From contig CAIZWU010000198.1 of NCBI GenBank assembly GCA_903936775.1, positions 48-64,047 on the forward strand: a DNA stretch of 64,000 nucleotides, given 5' to 3'. Made by a program: the position numbers and the translations under genes. Of this stretch, positions 38,801-46,278 are shown piece after piece. The notes beneath the pieces were generated by a model. The model was given only the letters and a program-made list of their open reading frames with translations. It was not told the DNA's origin and did no database searches. The stretch's first letter is position 1. The number at the start of each line of letters is the position of its first letter. Source of the DNA: an uncultured bacterium (GTDB taxonomy: Bacteria; Verrucomicrobiota; Verrucomicrobiia; Verrucomicrobiales; V1-33).

Positions 38801-41422
38801 GGGATTCCGCTGCTCCTCGTGGCCAGTGAAGTTTCCTACACCCTGACCACCTTCGAACTGGTGCCGCAAACCCCTGCGCTGCAGCTTCAAATCCTGCACT
38901 ACTATGGCGAAAGCGGCCTGCTGGGCCTGCAGACGGCACCGCTGATGGGGGCCATGATCGACCGGTTCGATGACCAATACACCAACACCGTGGTGATCGG
39001 CGAAGGCGACAGCTTCATCCCCGGCCCATGGCTCATTGGTGGGGCCGATCCTTCCCTGAACCGGGTGCTCCACACCGGCACCTTCACCACCGCCGCCGAT
39101 ACGACGGCCACTCCCATGGCGCAGGCGGACATCGCCATCATGAATGCTTTCGGAACCACCGTTTCCGCACTGGGCAATCATGAGTTTGATCTCGGTTCGC
39201 CGGTCCTGCAGGCGGCGATTGCGCCGGCCACCAGTGCCACTTTGGGCAACTGGGCCGGAGCCTTGTTCCCTATCATCACGGCCAACCTCGACTTCGGTCC
39301 GGACAGCTCGTTGCGCGCGCTCGCGGATTCCACCCTTGGCGGCACCCTTGGCAGCCCTCCCAATAATTACCGGGGCGCAGAAACCACGGCGATCCGGTCG
39401 AAAATCGCACCTTATGCCATCCGGACCATCGGCGGACAGAAAGTGGGATTTGTCGGAGCCACTACATGGAACCTCCTCACCAAATCCTCCCCGAATGGCA
39501 CCCGTCCCAAGGACGATGCCAATGCAGCCACCAGCGATCTCCAGGAGGTAGCTGCGTATGTCCAAAATGCCGTCGATTCCCTTAAAGTCATTGGCGTGAA
39601 CAAAATCATCATGGTGGACCAACTCGATGAACTCCAGCGCAACAAGGATTTGGCCCCACTCCTCACCGGAGTGGACGTCATGGTCGCCGGGGGCGGACAT
39701 GAGCGCATGGGCGATGCCACGGATATGGCGGTCGCCTTCAATGGCCACGATGCGGATTTCATCGCCGATACCTATCCCATCGTCACTGCCGGTGCCGATG
39801 GCAAACCCACCCTCATTGTCACCACCGATACCGAGTATTCCTATCTGGGACGCCTCGTGGTCGATTTCGATGCTAATGGGGAACTGTTGCTGGGTACTCT
39901 CAATCCCGCGCTTAACGGGGCCTACGCGGCCACGCCAGCCATCGTGGAAGCCGTCTTCAACAACGGGCAAACGGCGGCCCAAATCGTGACCGCCAGCCCC
40001 ATGGCGACCCGGGTCAAAGCCATCACCGAGGCTATCAACACGGTGATCCAGACCAAGGACGGTCTTGTCTATGGCTACACCAAGGTTTACATGGAAGGCG
40101 ACCGCGTCTTCGGCCGCACCCAGGAAGTCAACCTCGGCGACATCACTGCCGATGCCAACGCGGCCAAAGCCAAGGCTGCTCTCGGCTTGTCCTCCGCCAA
40201 CGCTGTATTCTCCCTGAAGAATGGCGGCGGACTCCGCGCTTCCCTTGGGTCGGTCGCTTCCGACGGTTCCAAAATTCCGCCGCTGGCCAATCCTCTCACC
40301 GGCAAGCCGGCCGGGGCGATCACGCGACTCGACGTGGAAAATGCCCTGCGCTTTGATAACAAGCTCGTCGTTTTCGACACCACCCCGACCGGGCTCCTTG
40401 CGCTGCTGAACTTTACCGCCGGACTCAGCAGTGGTCCCACCGCCCAAAACGGGGGGTATCCTCAAGTCGGGAACATCCGCTTCTCCTACGAGTTCAGTCG
40501 CCCTGCCGGTCAACGAGTCCGCTCCGCCGTCCTCATTGATGACAACGGAACGATCGTCTCTAAAATCGTGGAAAATGGTGCCGTCCTCCCCGGGGCTCAG
40601 GCCGTCATTCCCGTGGTGGCCCTCAACTTCACCGCCAACGGCGGCGATGGTTATCCGATCAAATACCTTGATCCCACCGCCACGCCTCCCAACCAGATCG
40701 TCAATCCCGAAACCAGCAACTTCCGGTTCCTCCTCAACGACGGCACGTTGTCTGCTCCGGTCGCGCGGAATTTGGACTTCACTGCGGCGGCGGTAGTTCC
40801 GGTCACTTCCATGGGTGAGCAACAGGCGTTCAGCGATTACCTGACGGTGCGGCATAACACTCCTGCCAAGGCCTACGACGTTGCGGATACCGTGGTCGCG
40901 CTCGACACCCGGATCCAGCAAATCCCGGCGCGGACCGATACTGTGCCGTTCAGCCCGGTTGAAATCTGGCGCTTGGCGAACTTTGGCAATACCTCGGGTT
41001 CAGGGGCTAATCAGGGTACGTTGGACGATGCTGACAGTGACAGCGCCAACAACCTCTTTGAGTTCGCCTTCGGGACCGACCCCACCAGCAACCTGACGGG
41101 GTCTGCCGAGCTGATTTACACTGGCACCTTCGCCGGAGGCGGTAGTCTCACGCTGCCTGGCCAGCCTCTCACCCAGTTTGAGGCGATTCCGAACAGCGTT
41201 GATTTCCGGGCGCTCTTCGTCCGCCGGAAGGACTATGTTTCCGCCGGGTTGACCTATATCCCGCAGTTCAGCACCGACCTCAGCAGCTGGCAGGACAGCA
41301 CGACCATCCCGACGGTGCTGGCAGATGACGGCACCTACCAAGTAGTCAGTGCGCCATACCCCCGGTTTATTGCCGGGAGGAAAGCCCGCTTCTTCCGCAT
41401 TATGGTCAATCTCGCCCCCTGA
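32867..41422 (+). CDS. Giant secreted multidomain phosphoesterase (Calx-beta, Ig, cadherin-like, phytase-like, PhoD, choice-of-anchor I, 5'-nucleotidase)
   Basis: Calx-beta (EGNTGT..DYTA..EANETF); Ig (APAITTQP..FQWY); phytase-like (PDRG, DTEG, SDEYG, NQGMEG, EKWEGL, NDNDF); PhoD (SGDVTQTSAVLW, GDNIYGD, DDHEV, DFH); choice-of-anchor I (GAEI, VANEGE, DLEPEY, TLQEANAI, DDGRSDNKSAEPEG); nucleotidase (GDSFIPG, GNHEFD, EVNLGD, NGGGLRA, GGDGYP). Confidence 0.88.
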   Translation: MKTIPRLVRVFRRKTCALLLAVGQLTAGGVHAGLVGDSISVNDVSIVEGNTGTSTLAFTVSRVGNAAAFSLNWATADSTAAAPGDYTAANGTMNFTAGGSLTETVSVTIVGDATGEANETFFLNLSNLVPSSGSASLSDAQGIGTITDNDAVAPAITTQPANAFVVAGSTRALSVVATGTPAPSFQWYRGATGVITAPVGTNSASFTTPGLSATTPYWVRVTNLKGTIDSSTATLTVPEGSNALLSALTTAPGTLSPVFAGPTLTYSASVSNATTAVAVTPTVAIGGATLTASVNGGAFNPATSGSPIPITLNPGNNTLSVKVTAIDLSTTRTYNISLVRLPVFYTSGVRDVLEPNRGPWPTAGVTLGTTQFINLGLQGVGRVPASSKDTTASATGPTSNTGESIGSISDMQITSFANNGDGTFTGTLQTLPDRGYNATVTPPLPAVPVNIFSNYAARLNTFNFTFTPYTGAGPAPQNQIALSFAGSTRFTYDHDGLPGTPPVFSTGLLANGPATTLFGTVVPVAAGDTTQSDGTVANRLTLDTEGIIFDTRPGKDGTGWVSDEYGAFIYHFNAAKQLDGQLQLPAALIPHSPVGTRNFAADPPLNGRRINQGMEGIAQSPDGTRLYALLQSATIQDSGAGNQGRFTTRLLVYDISSSDMPSDPVAQYVIQLPRADDTGAAANGNTVNRNLAESAMVALNNNQLLILSRDGSGRGVDASNPPVFKSILLADLTGATNIDGLFDAEGNAVAPGGVLNAAVAPISWTEAINMLGKLNAPTAEVEKFGLNLNGGHGDANTLSEKWEGLALVPVNDPANPNDYFLFVANDNDFLTTNGAYMDAAGDLQTYDGGVENDTVVLAYRVRIAPASAAPTVVSSGDVTQTSAVLWANSKFVGNVKFEYSTSPTFASGVSTAIATTTDPTAPVKVSVGGLAANTVYHYRVTTTGDMATGKFKTNAGASTIAGLKFGVSGDQRGELAPFPSIKNAAGQDLNFFLQLGDNIYGDVATPDLPAAQARTLSDYRIRHNEIYSPRYGMNTFADLRKSTSILATIDDHEVINDFSGGDLRVNDARFAADTGTLISDTETYLNGIQAFREFMPMNLAQYGATGDAVTAHRAKLYRYSTYGRDAAVFMLDGRSFRSAPLPAVTNPADPVQITNFLTGAFTPGRTMIGAQQKADFKADLLRAQSAGIVWKFVFCPEPVQNFGPFGGSDRYEGYAAERTELLKFIDDNKINNVVFVAADFHGTAVNRLSYQMGPGQPQIQTNSIEILTGSVAYDKPFGPTIIELAAGLGLVDPATQAAYNSLPNGATKEGIVAAVINGTTSALGYNPLSPTAEPLPGTTNLLNGLYMATNTYGWTEFTIDPVTQQLNLKTWGIEPYNKAQLDADPVAVTGRTPAVMSEFEITPQALTINAAALAGFSMPAHGSPLNLTTAAGVSPAGGIFSGPGILGDTFDPALATVGLNVVTYAFGAQSVTFNVTVAAAPNLSANPSNAFTSLLKSSIVLSDNGTAAGIGGAEIPAFDPVTDLAFAASNAGIQVVNLANPSAPVRLAPIDPMAAPYNLPSRDISHVIVKNGVLAVSIVSVPNTNPGTVAFFDPATRALLGSVTVGAVPDQLVFTPDGSKVLVANEGEKELFATNPGSINPEGSVTIINVSGGFAAPSVQTATFAAWNGQEDLLRSRGIRVFPGNSATVDLEPEYVAVSPDGLTAMVTLQEANAIAVLDIPTATFTAINPLGLKNFANGQADYSDRDSSANGQLIKLIPAMPAYGMFMPDAISAYQADGQTYYVTANEGDDRNDFTASADAETTSVNATNYDLDNTFFPTEGVAATTTPTVTAGTGLKGNAQLGRLTVSNVPGLRGDLDGDGDVDRILSYGGRSFSILDATGKRIFDSGDVLDRILTTHFPSLYDDGRSDNKSAEPEGVTVSVIGGRTYAFIGLERAQSVIAFDVTDPANVTFTTLATRSGDLNPEGMMVIPAADSPTGIPLLLVASEVSYTLTTFELVPQTPALQLQILHYYGESGLLGLQTAPLMGAMIDRFDDQYTNTVVIGEGDSFIPGPWLIGGADPSLNRVLHTGTFTTAADTTATPMAQADIAIMNAFGTTVSALGNHEFDLGSPVLQAAIAPATSATLGNWAGALFPIITANLDFGPDSSLRALADSTLGGTLGSPPNNYRGAETTAIRSKIAPYAIRTIGGQKVGFVGATTWNLLTKSSPNGTRPKDDANAATSDLQEVAAYVQNAVDSLKVIGVNKIIMVDQLDELQRNKDLAPLLTGVDVMVAGGGHERMGDATDMAVAFNGHDADFIADTYPIVTAGADGKPTLIVTTDTEYSYLGRLVVDFDANGELLLGTLNPALNGAYAATPAIVEAVFNNGQTAAQIVTASPMATRVKAITEAINTVIQTKDGLVYGYTKVYMEGDRVFGRTQEVNLGDITADANAAKAKAALGLSSANAVFSLKNGGGLRASLGSVASDGSKIPPLANPLTGKPAGAITRLDVENALRFDNKLVVFDTTPTGLLALLNFTAGLSSGPTAQNGGYPQVGNIRFSYEFSRPAGQRVRSAVLIDDNGTIVSKIVENGAVLPGAQAVIPVVALNFTANGGDGYPIKYLDPTATPPNQIVNPETSNFRFLLNDGTLSAPVARNLDFTAAAVVPVTSMGEQQAFSDYLTVRHNTPAKAYDVADTVVALDTRIQQIPARTDTVPFSPVEIWRLANFGNTSGSGANQGTLDDADSDSANNLFEFAFGTDPTSNLTGSAELIYTGTFAGGGSLTLPGQPLTQFEAIPNSVDFRALFVRRKDYVSAGLTYIPQFSTDLSSWQDSTTIPTVLADDGTYQVVSAPYPRFIAGRKARFFRIMVNLAP

Positions 41423-41474
41423 GTTTCCACCGCTGTCCCCGCCTTTCTGTCCAACCATACAATATCCGTTCCTC

Positions 41475-42086
41475 ATGAAATGCCTACAACTCCTCCTCCC
41501 CATGGCGCTGCTGGGCGCGATACCAACAGCTCATGGTGCCATCGTCTACAGTGGGCTGCAGAATATAGCCATACCCTACACCTTCTCGGGAGTGTATGTG
41601 AATATTCAGACCCTGGGAACGAGTTTCAACCAACCGGCCGATTTTGATACTTCGCCATGGCTCAACCTCGATTTTGGCGGGGTGGACATCAGCAATGGAG
41701 TCTTGATCACTCCCATCGTGATCGGGGTTGGACTGGACCAGGTATCAAATCTCAGCGGTGGCTCGACCGTGGGACCAGCGGGCATCTTTGCTTCAGGACC
41801 CAATGCCAGCACCTCCCACCTGGGACCTGCGGTCGATCAATTCCAGTCCAACACGCCAGGCTATATCGGATTCTCCTTCAACGCCAGTCCGGCGGGACCC
41901 ACCAATTATGGTTGGATGAGGATCAGCATAAACGATTCGGGCACGGGCAACGGAACGGTCCATGACTGGGCGTATGAAGATGTGGCGTCTACCAGCCTGC
42001 CGGCGGGGGTGCCAGAACCCACGGGCCTTGCCTTGATATTGTGGGGAATAAGCAGTGTCCTGCTCCGTCGCGCGCGGGCCAGTTGA
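41475..42086 (+). CDS. PEP-CTERM sorting domain protein
   Basis: Signal peptide ends AHG-A; YIGFSF..NYGWMRI..WAYE core; C-terminal VPEPTGLALILWGISSVLLRRARAS. Confidence 0.9.
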   Translation: MKCLQLLLPMALLGAIPTAHGAIVYSGLQNIAIPYTFSGVYVNIQTLGTSFNQPADFDTSPWLNLDFGGVDISNGVLITPIVIGVGLDQVSNLSGGSTVGPAGIFASGPNASTSHLGPAVDQFQSNTPGYIGFSFNASPAGPTNYGWMRISINDSGTGNGTVHDWAYEDVASTSLPAGVPEPTGLALILWGISSVLLRRARAS

Positions 42087-42213
42087 GTTGCACCTGCCGG
42101 GTTGGGTTGTGCAAAGGCAGTTGCGACCGCGGGACCTCCTTGATCAGGCACGGACTTCCGCTTAGTGGCCAGACCAACCATTTGGCGCAACGGGGATGAG
42201 CACGGAGGGCAAA

Positions 42214-43137
42214 TCAGGCGGGAGGGGAAGCCGCCTGCAGGCTGGGTACCAACTTGGCGCCACCGCCTGCCAGCGCCCACAGCACCTTCACCGCCTCAGC
42301 GGCCTGCTTTACGGCATGCACCCGGAAAATCTGCGCCCCGCTACTAACGCCCCGGGCCACGCAGGTCAGGGTTCCTGCATCCCGCTCCAACGGATCCGGC
42401 AGCCCCAGCACTTCGCCGATCACCGTTTTGCGGGAGACGGGAAGTAACACCGGCCTTCCAAAACGCTGCAGCCGCTCCAACTCCCGGTAAATGGTCAGGT
42501 TATCGTCCTGCTGTTTGGCGAAATCAATCCCCGGGTCCAACACCACCGACTCCCGCGGCAGTCCTGCTGACTGGCACAGGGCCAGCTTCTCCGTGAAAAA
42601 CCGGTCCAGTTCCGCCATAATGTCAGGATAACCGACATGGGTGTGCCTTTCCTTCGGCAATCCCACACTGTGCATGATCAGCAGCGCGGCCCCGTGCGCC
42701 GCACACAGCCGGGCATTCCGGTCATCCGGCAGGGCTCCGATATCATTCAACAGATCCCCTCCCTGCGGCAGCACGGCCTGCACCACTTCCGGCCGCCAGG
42801 TGTTCAGCGACAACAACGGCGGCCACACCTGCGAGGCATCAAACGCCGGAGGCTGCTCCGCCACTTCCGCCCCCCAAGCCTGGTAGGCCGCCATAAAGGA
42901 GGTAAACCGCTGCACCTCCTCCTCCACCGAAATCGCCGCCCGGTTCGTCCTCGCGCTTTCCGCCCCGGCATCGATCACATCCGCCCCGTCCGCGGCCATC
43001 TGCTGCGCCATCCGCAACGCTGCACAGGGATCCAACGTGCCATCCCCGCAGAACGAGTCGTCATTGATGTTCACGATCCCCATGATCAAAGGCCGGCGGG
43101 GGAATGTCAGGATACGGCCACGGGCTTGCAGGAGCAT
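42214..43137 (-). CDS. folP: Dihydropteroate synthase
   Basis: IMGIVNINDDSF, GADVIDAGAESART, LNDI, LDPGIDFAK, SRKTVIG and IFRVH. Start at MLLQARG. Confidence 0.93.
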   Translation of the reverse strand: MLLQARGRILTFPRRPLIMGIVNINDDSFCGDGTLDPCAALRMAQQMAADGADVIDAGAESARTNRAAISVEEEVQRFTSFMAAYQAWGAEVAEQPPAFDASQVWPPLLSLNTWRPEVVQAVLPQGGDLLNDIGALPDDRNARLCAAHGAALLIMHSVGLPKERHTHVGYPDIMAELDRFFTEKLALCQSAGLPRESVVLDPGIDFAKQQDDNLTIYRELERLQRFGRPVLLPVSRKTVIGEVLGLPDPLERDAGTLTCVARGVSSGAQIFRVHAVKQAAEAVKVLWALAGGGAKLVPSLQAASPPA

Positions 43138-43733
43138 GGGTATGAAGAAATGGAAGGTGAAATCCGGCAGGACAGGAGAAACGGTTCTCCAACTTTTGAC
43201 GGGTAACCCGGAAGTCCTCCAAAGCAACGCCCGATCATGGCGCTGCTGCCTGTAACACGGCTGGGCCCTTGAGCGGCAATTGCATTGGGCATAACCAAGT
43301 AGTACTGTTCCGCCGGTCAGTAATGTGGTGCGATCCACCTTTCACTGGCCGAAACCAGGAAACGCCCCCCTCCCGAAAAACCGACGGATTGCCTGAGCAT
43401 GGCGTATCCATCGGGAGGTTGAACACGCCACTGATCCATCCGACCATCCCGTTCTCAAATCGCATGCCACTCTAAACGATGACTCCCTCAAGGGCCCAAG
43501 CGTCATTCACCATCTGCCACCTGCTCCAATCCCCGGTAGTGATCCCCGGTTTGCAATCCATGGTATGACTGAGCGCCGGCAAGGCAGCCAGGTCCTGCTG
43601 GACGGGAAGCGGGGAACCGGAGGCCAGTATGATTGCGAGGCATCAAGAGCGCTGATTCATTGAAGGGAAGGCTCTTTCCTATCACCCCGGAATCGATAAG
43701 TCACGCGCCAATTCTTCCAAGGGAAGGGCTTTG

Positions 43734-44525
43734 CTAGTCCATCGATACGAGGCGGCGCTGGCGGTGTTCAAACCGGGCCAGCTCGGTGAACCCGCAGGTT
43801 TCGGCAAGGGCGAGGGCTTCGGGAAAGGCGCGGCCGACCTCCTCCGGGGCGTGGGCGTCCGAATTGATGGTGAGGGGCACTCCGGCGGCAGCTGCCAGGC
43901 GGAGGAATTCCGGGGCAGGATACATTTCGGCCACGGGTTTGAAGAGACCGGCGGTGTTGATCTCGATGGCCACATTGGCCTCGACGCAGGACTGCACGGC
44001 GGGTTCATAATAGCGGTGCAGATCGCCCGGGGGAAGGTGCTTGAATTTCTTCACCAGGTCCGGGTGAGCCATGATGTCGAAAAACCCGGAACGGGCCGCC
44101 TGACCGAATAACAGCCAATACCGGTCCCAGGCTTCCTCCACCCCATAGTGGCTGAATCGGGCCACTTCCGCCGGGTTGTCGAAATTCCAGTCGCCCAGGT
44201 AATGGACGCTGCCGATCAGATAGTCCCACGAAGCGCGTTGGGCGAGGGATTCGATCCAAGCTTCCCCGCCTTCCAGCCAGTCCACCTCCAGTCCCAGCCG
44301 GATGGGCAGGGCGGGGCAGGCGGCGCGGGCCTCCTCCACCGCTTCGAGATAGCGCGGGAATTCACTGTCCAGCATGCGCCAGTCATCGAATAGCTGTGGC
44401 ATGGGACTGTGGTCGGAAAAACCGATTTCCGGCAAACCCTGTTCCAAGGCGCGCCGCGCATAATCGACCGGCCAACCAGTGGCGTGGCGGCATAGGGGCG
44501 TGTGGAGATGATAGTCGGCAGGCAT
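43734..44525 (-). CDS. hisJ: Histidinol-phosphatase, PHP (HisJ/HisK) family
   Basis: DYHLHTPLCRHA, GFSDHSP, GLEVD, IGSVH, AHPDLVKKF, EINTAG and NSDAHAP. Confidence 0.88.
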   Translation of the reverse strand: MPADYHLHTPLCRHATGWPVDYARRALEQGLPEIGFSDHSPMPQLFDDWRMLDSEFPRYLEAVEEARAACPALPIRLGLEVDWLEGGEAWIESLAQRASWDYLIGSVHYLGDWNFDNPAEVARFSHYGVEEAWDRYWLLFGQAARSGFFDIMAHPDLVKKFKHLPPGDLHRYYEPAVQSCVEANVAIEINTAGLFKPVAEMYPAPEFLRLAAAAGVPLTINSDAHAPEEVGRAFPEALALAETCGFTELARFEHRQRRLVSMD

Positions 44526-44683
44526 GTGGGTAAGCTGGCAGCCATGGCGGCAGCGCAGAAGGGCATCATGCCGCCACCCACGCGGGAAGCCAAGCGAAAG
44601 CCTGCAGGATGGTCTGGTCTTCCAGTCCGCAAAGGTCTGCCCAATCCTTGAAAGGCATTTCCGTTTGGTCCAGGCAGAGCAAC

Positions 44684-46216
44684 TCAGCCCATGAAACCGA
44701 GGTTGCGGTTGGCGAAACGGTGCAAGTTGGGGAAGACCACATCGAGTTCCGATTCCCCAAGGCCGAACCAGCGCGACAGGGTGGCGGCATATTCATCGGT
44801 GCTGGTGCTGGGAAGGAAGCGCCCGGTGGCCCCGGTGCCGGAGTCGGTATCGTCTGGTCCGCCCAATTGCTGGATGGGGAACGTGCCATAAACCTTGCCG
44901 CCGGAAACGGCCCCGCCCATCACCATGTGGTGGCTGGACCAGGCATGGTCGGTGCCGAGGCCGTTGGATTTGAAGGTGCGGCCGAAATCACTGATGGAGA
45001 AAGTGGTGACCTTCTGAGGAATCGTGAGGGCCTCGGTGGCGGCGTAGAATTTGGCCATGGCCCGGCTGACGGATGCCATGAGGTTGTTGTGGGCCAGCGG
45101 CTGATCGCCGTGGGTATCGAAACCACCAATGGAGCAGAAAAAGATCTGGCGCCGCATGCCCAGATAGGAGCGCTCCGCGATGATGCGCGCGATGGTATGG
45201 AGCTGCTGTTCCAAGCCTGATAGATTGCTATAGGCGGCCACGGTGGCTGGAATTCCAAAAGCAGAATTGATCGCGGTGCCGATGGCGGCATCCGGATTGC
45301 CCGTGGTCAGGCGGGTCAGCGCGGTGGAGAGGGAAGCGCCATTGAGCAAGGCCCGCTCATTGATATTGCGGAAATCGCGCAGCGTCAGGTTGGTGCGTTC
45401 GGCATCCAGCAGGGGATCGCCGCCGAGGCCGGGGTCGCGCAGGATTTTGTCCATCAGGGTTTTCCGGGCCCCGCTGTAATTGGTGAACGTGACGGCGCCG
45501 CCCGTGCTGACCTGGAATTGATTCACAATATCGCCGACCTCCCAGGTGTTGCTGCCGGCCATGGAGACACTCATGGAAATGGAGCCGGAGGGGATACCCT
45601 GATGGATCAGTTCCTCCTTCATTTTATCGATGGTGCGGCCGCCCCAGCCGGTGCGGCTGATTTGGTCGGGCACTGAGGTCATCCATTCCGTGACCTGATC
45701 ATTGTGGGAAAAAAGTTGGGGCGGTTTGCGGCGGGTGCCAGCGCGGTACTGGGCCCGGGTCATCGGTTCCACGAGGGTGCCGACTCCAGGGAGGAAGGCG
45801 AGTTTTTTTTGATTATAGAGCGACTGCACTCCACTCATTGCGTTATGGACCGCATAACCGGTATCGGCCACGCCGGTCAGAGGGACGCCGTAATAAGAGT
45901 TGGGATTGGTGGCCCCGTTGAGGAGAGGTCGGGCCGTTGCCTCGGCGGCATCGCGCCACAGAGCCAGCCGCTGACCACGGATGTTGCGGTAATTGTCGTA
46001 GCGCTCCTGATCCCATGGAATCAGCATGTTGCTGGCGTCATTGCCGCCATTCATGAAGAGACACACCAGCGCTTTGTAATCCGTGACGTTGGTGGCCGCG
46101 ACGGCGTTATTGAGCAACCGCAGATCGAACAGGGCATTGGTGGCACTGATGCCCAGGCCAAGTCCGGCAGCATTCCGCAGGAAGGAGCGGCGGGAAAGGA
46201 TTTCGCGGGAGGTCAT
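44684..46216 (-). CDS. DUF1501 family protein with Tat signal
   Basis: SRRSFL twin-arginine motif, DYKALVCLFMNGGND, PPQLFSHNDQ, GGFDTH, SDFGRT..GTDHAW and GGAVSGG. Confidence 0.9.
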   Translation of the reverse strand: MTSREILSRRSFLRNAAGLGLGISATNALFDLRLLNNAVAATNVTDYKALVCLFMNGGNDASNMLIPWDQERYDNYRNIRGQRLALWRDAAEATARPLLNGATNPNSYYGVPLTGVADTGYAVHNAMSGVQSLYNQKKLAFLPGVGTLVEPMTRAQYRAGTRRKPPQLFSHNDQVTEWMTSVPDQISRTGWGGRTIDKMKEELIHQGIPSGSISMSVSMAGSNTWEVGDIVNQFQVSTGGAVTFTNYSGARKTLMDKILRDPGLGGDPLLDAERTNLTLRDFRNINERALLNGASLSTALTRLTTGNPDAAIGTAINSAFGIPATVAAYSNLSGLEQQLHTIARIIAERSYLGMRRQIFFCSIGGFDTHGDQPLAHNNLMASVSRAMAKFYAATEALTIPQKVTTFSISDFGRTFKSNGLGTDHAWSSHHMVMGGAVSGGKVYGTFPIQQLGGPDDTDSGTGATGRFLPSTSTDEYAATLSRWFGLGESELDVVFPNLHRFANRNLGFMG

Positions 46217-46278
46217 GGCGATAACGGAATGGGGAGTTACGGGAAACGGAATGGGAGTGCGGGCCGCGGGATGGAGAA

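Noticed and set aside
37730-40921. 1063-aa minus-strand ORF, and similar long ORFs at 11295..13358, 14518..16203, 35258..37129, 46645..48777 and 51822..54359
   Set aside because: These are antisense shadows of well-supported genes, expected from GC-rich codon bias, and carry no recognisable motifs.
43226-43330. Resemblance to integron attC-type repeats (also near 16475-16508, 32310-32360, 42090-42140 and 43515-43560)
   Set aside because: No intact RYYYAAC/GTTRRRY pair with complementary L boxes could be built, and there is no integrase; at most unprovable decayed remnants.
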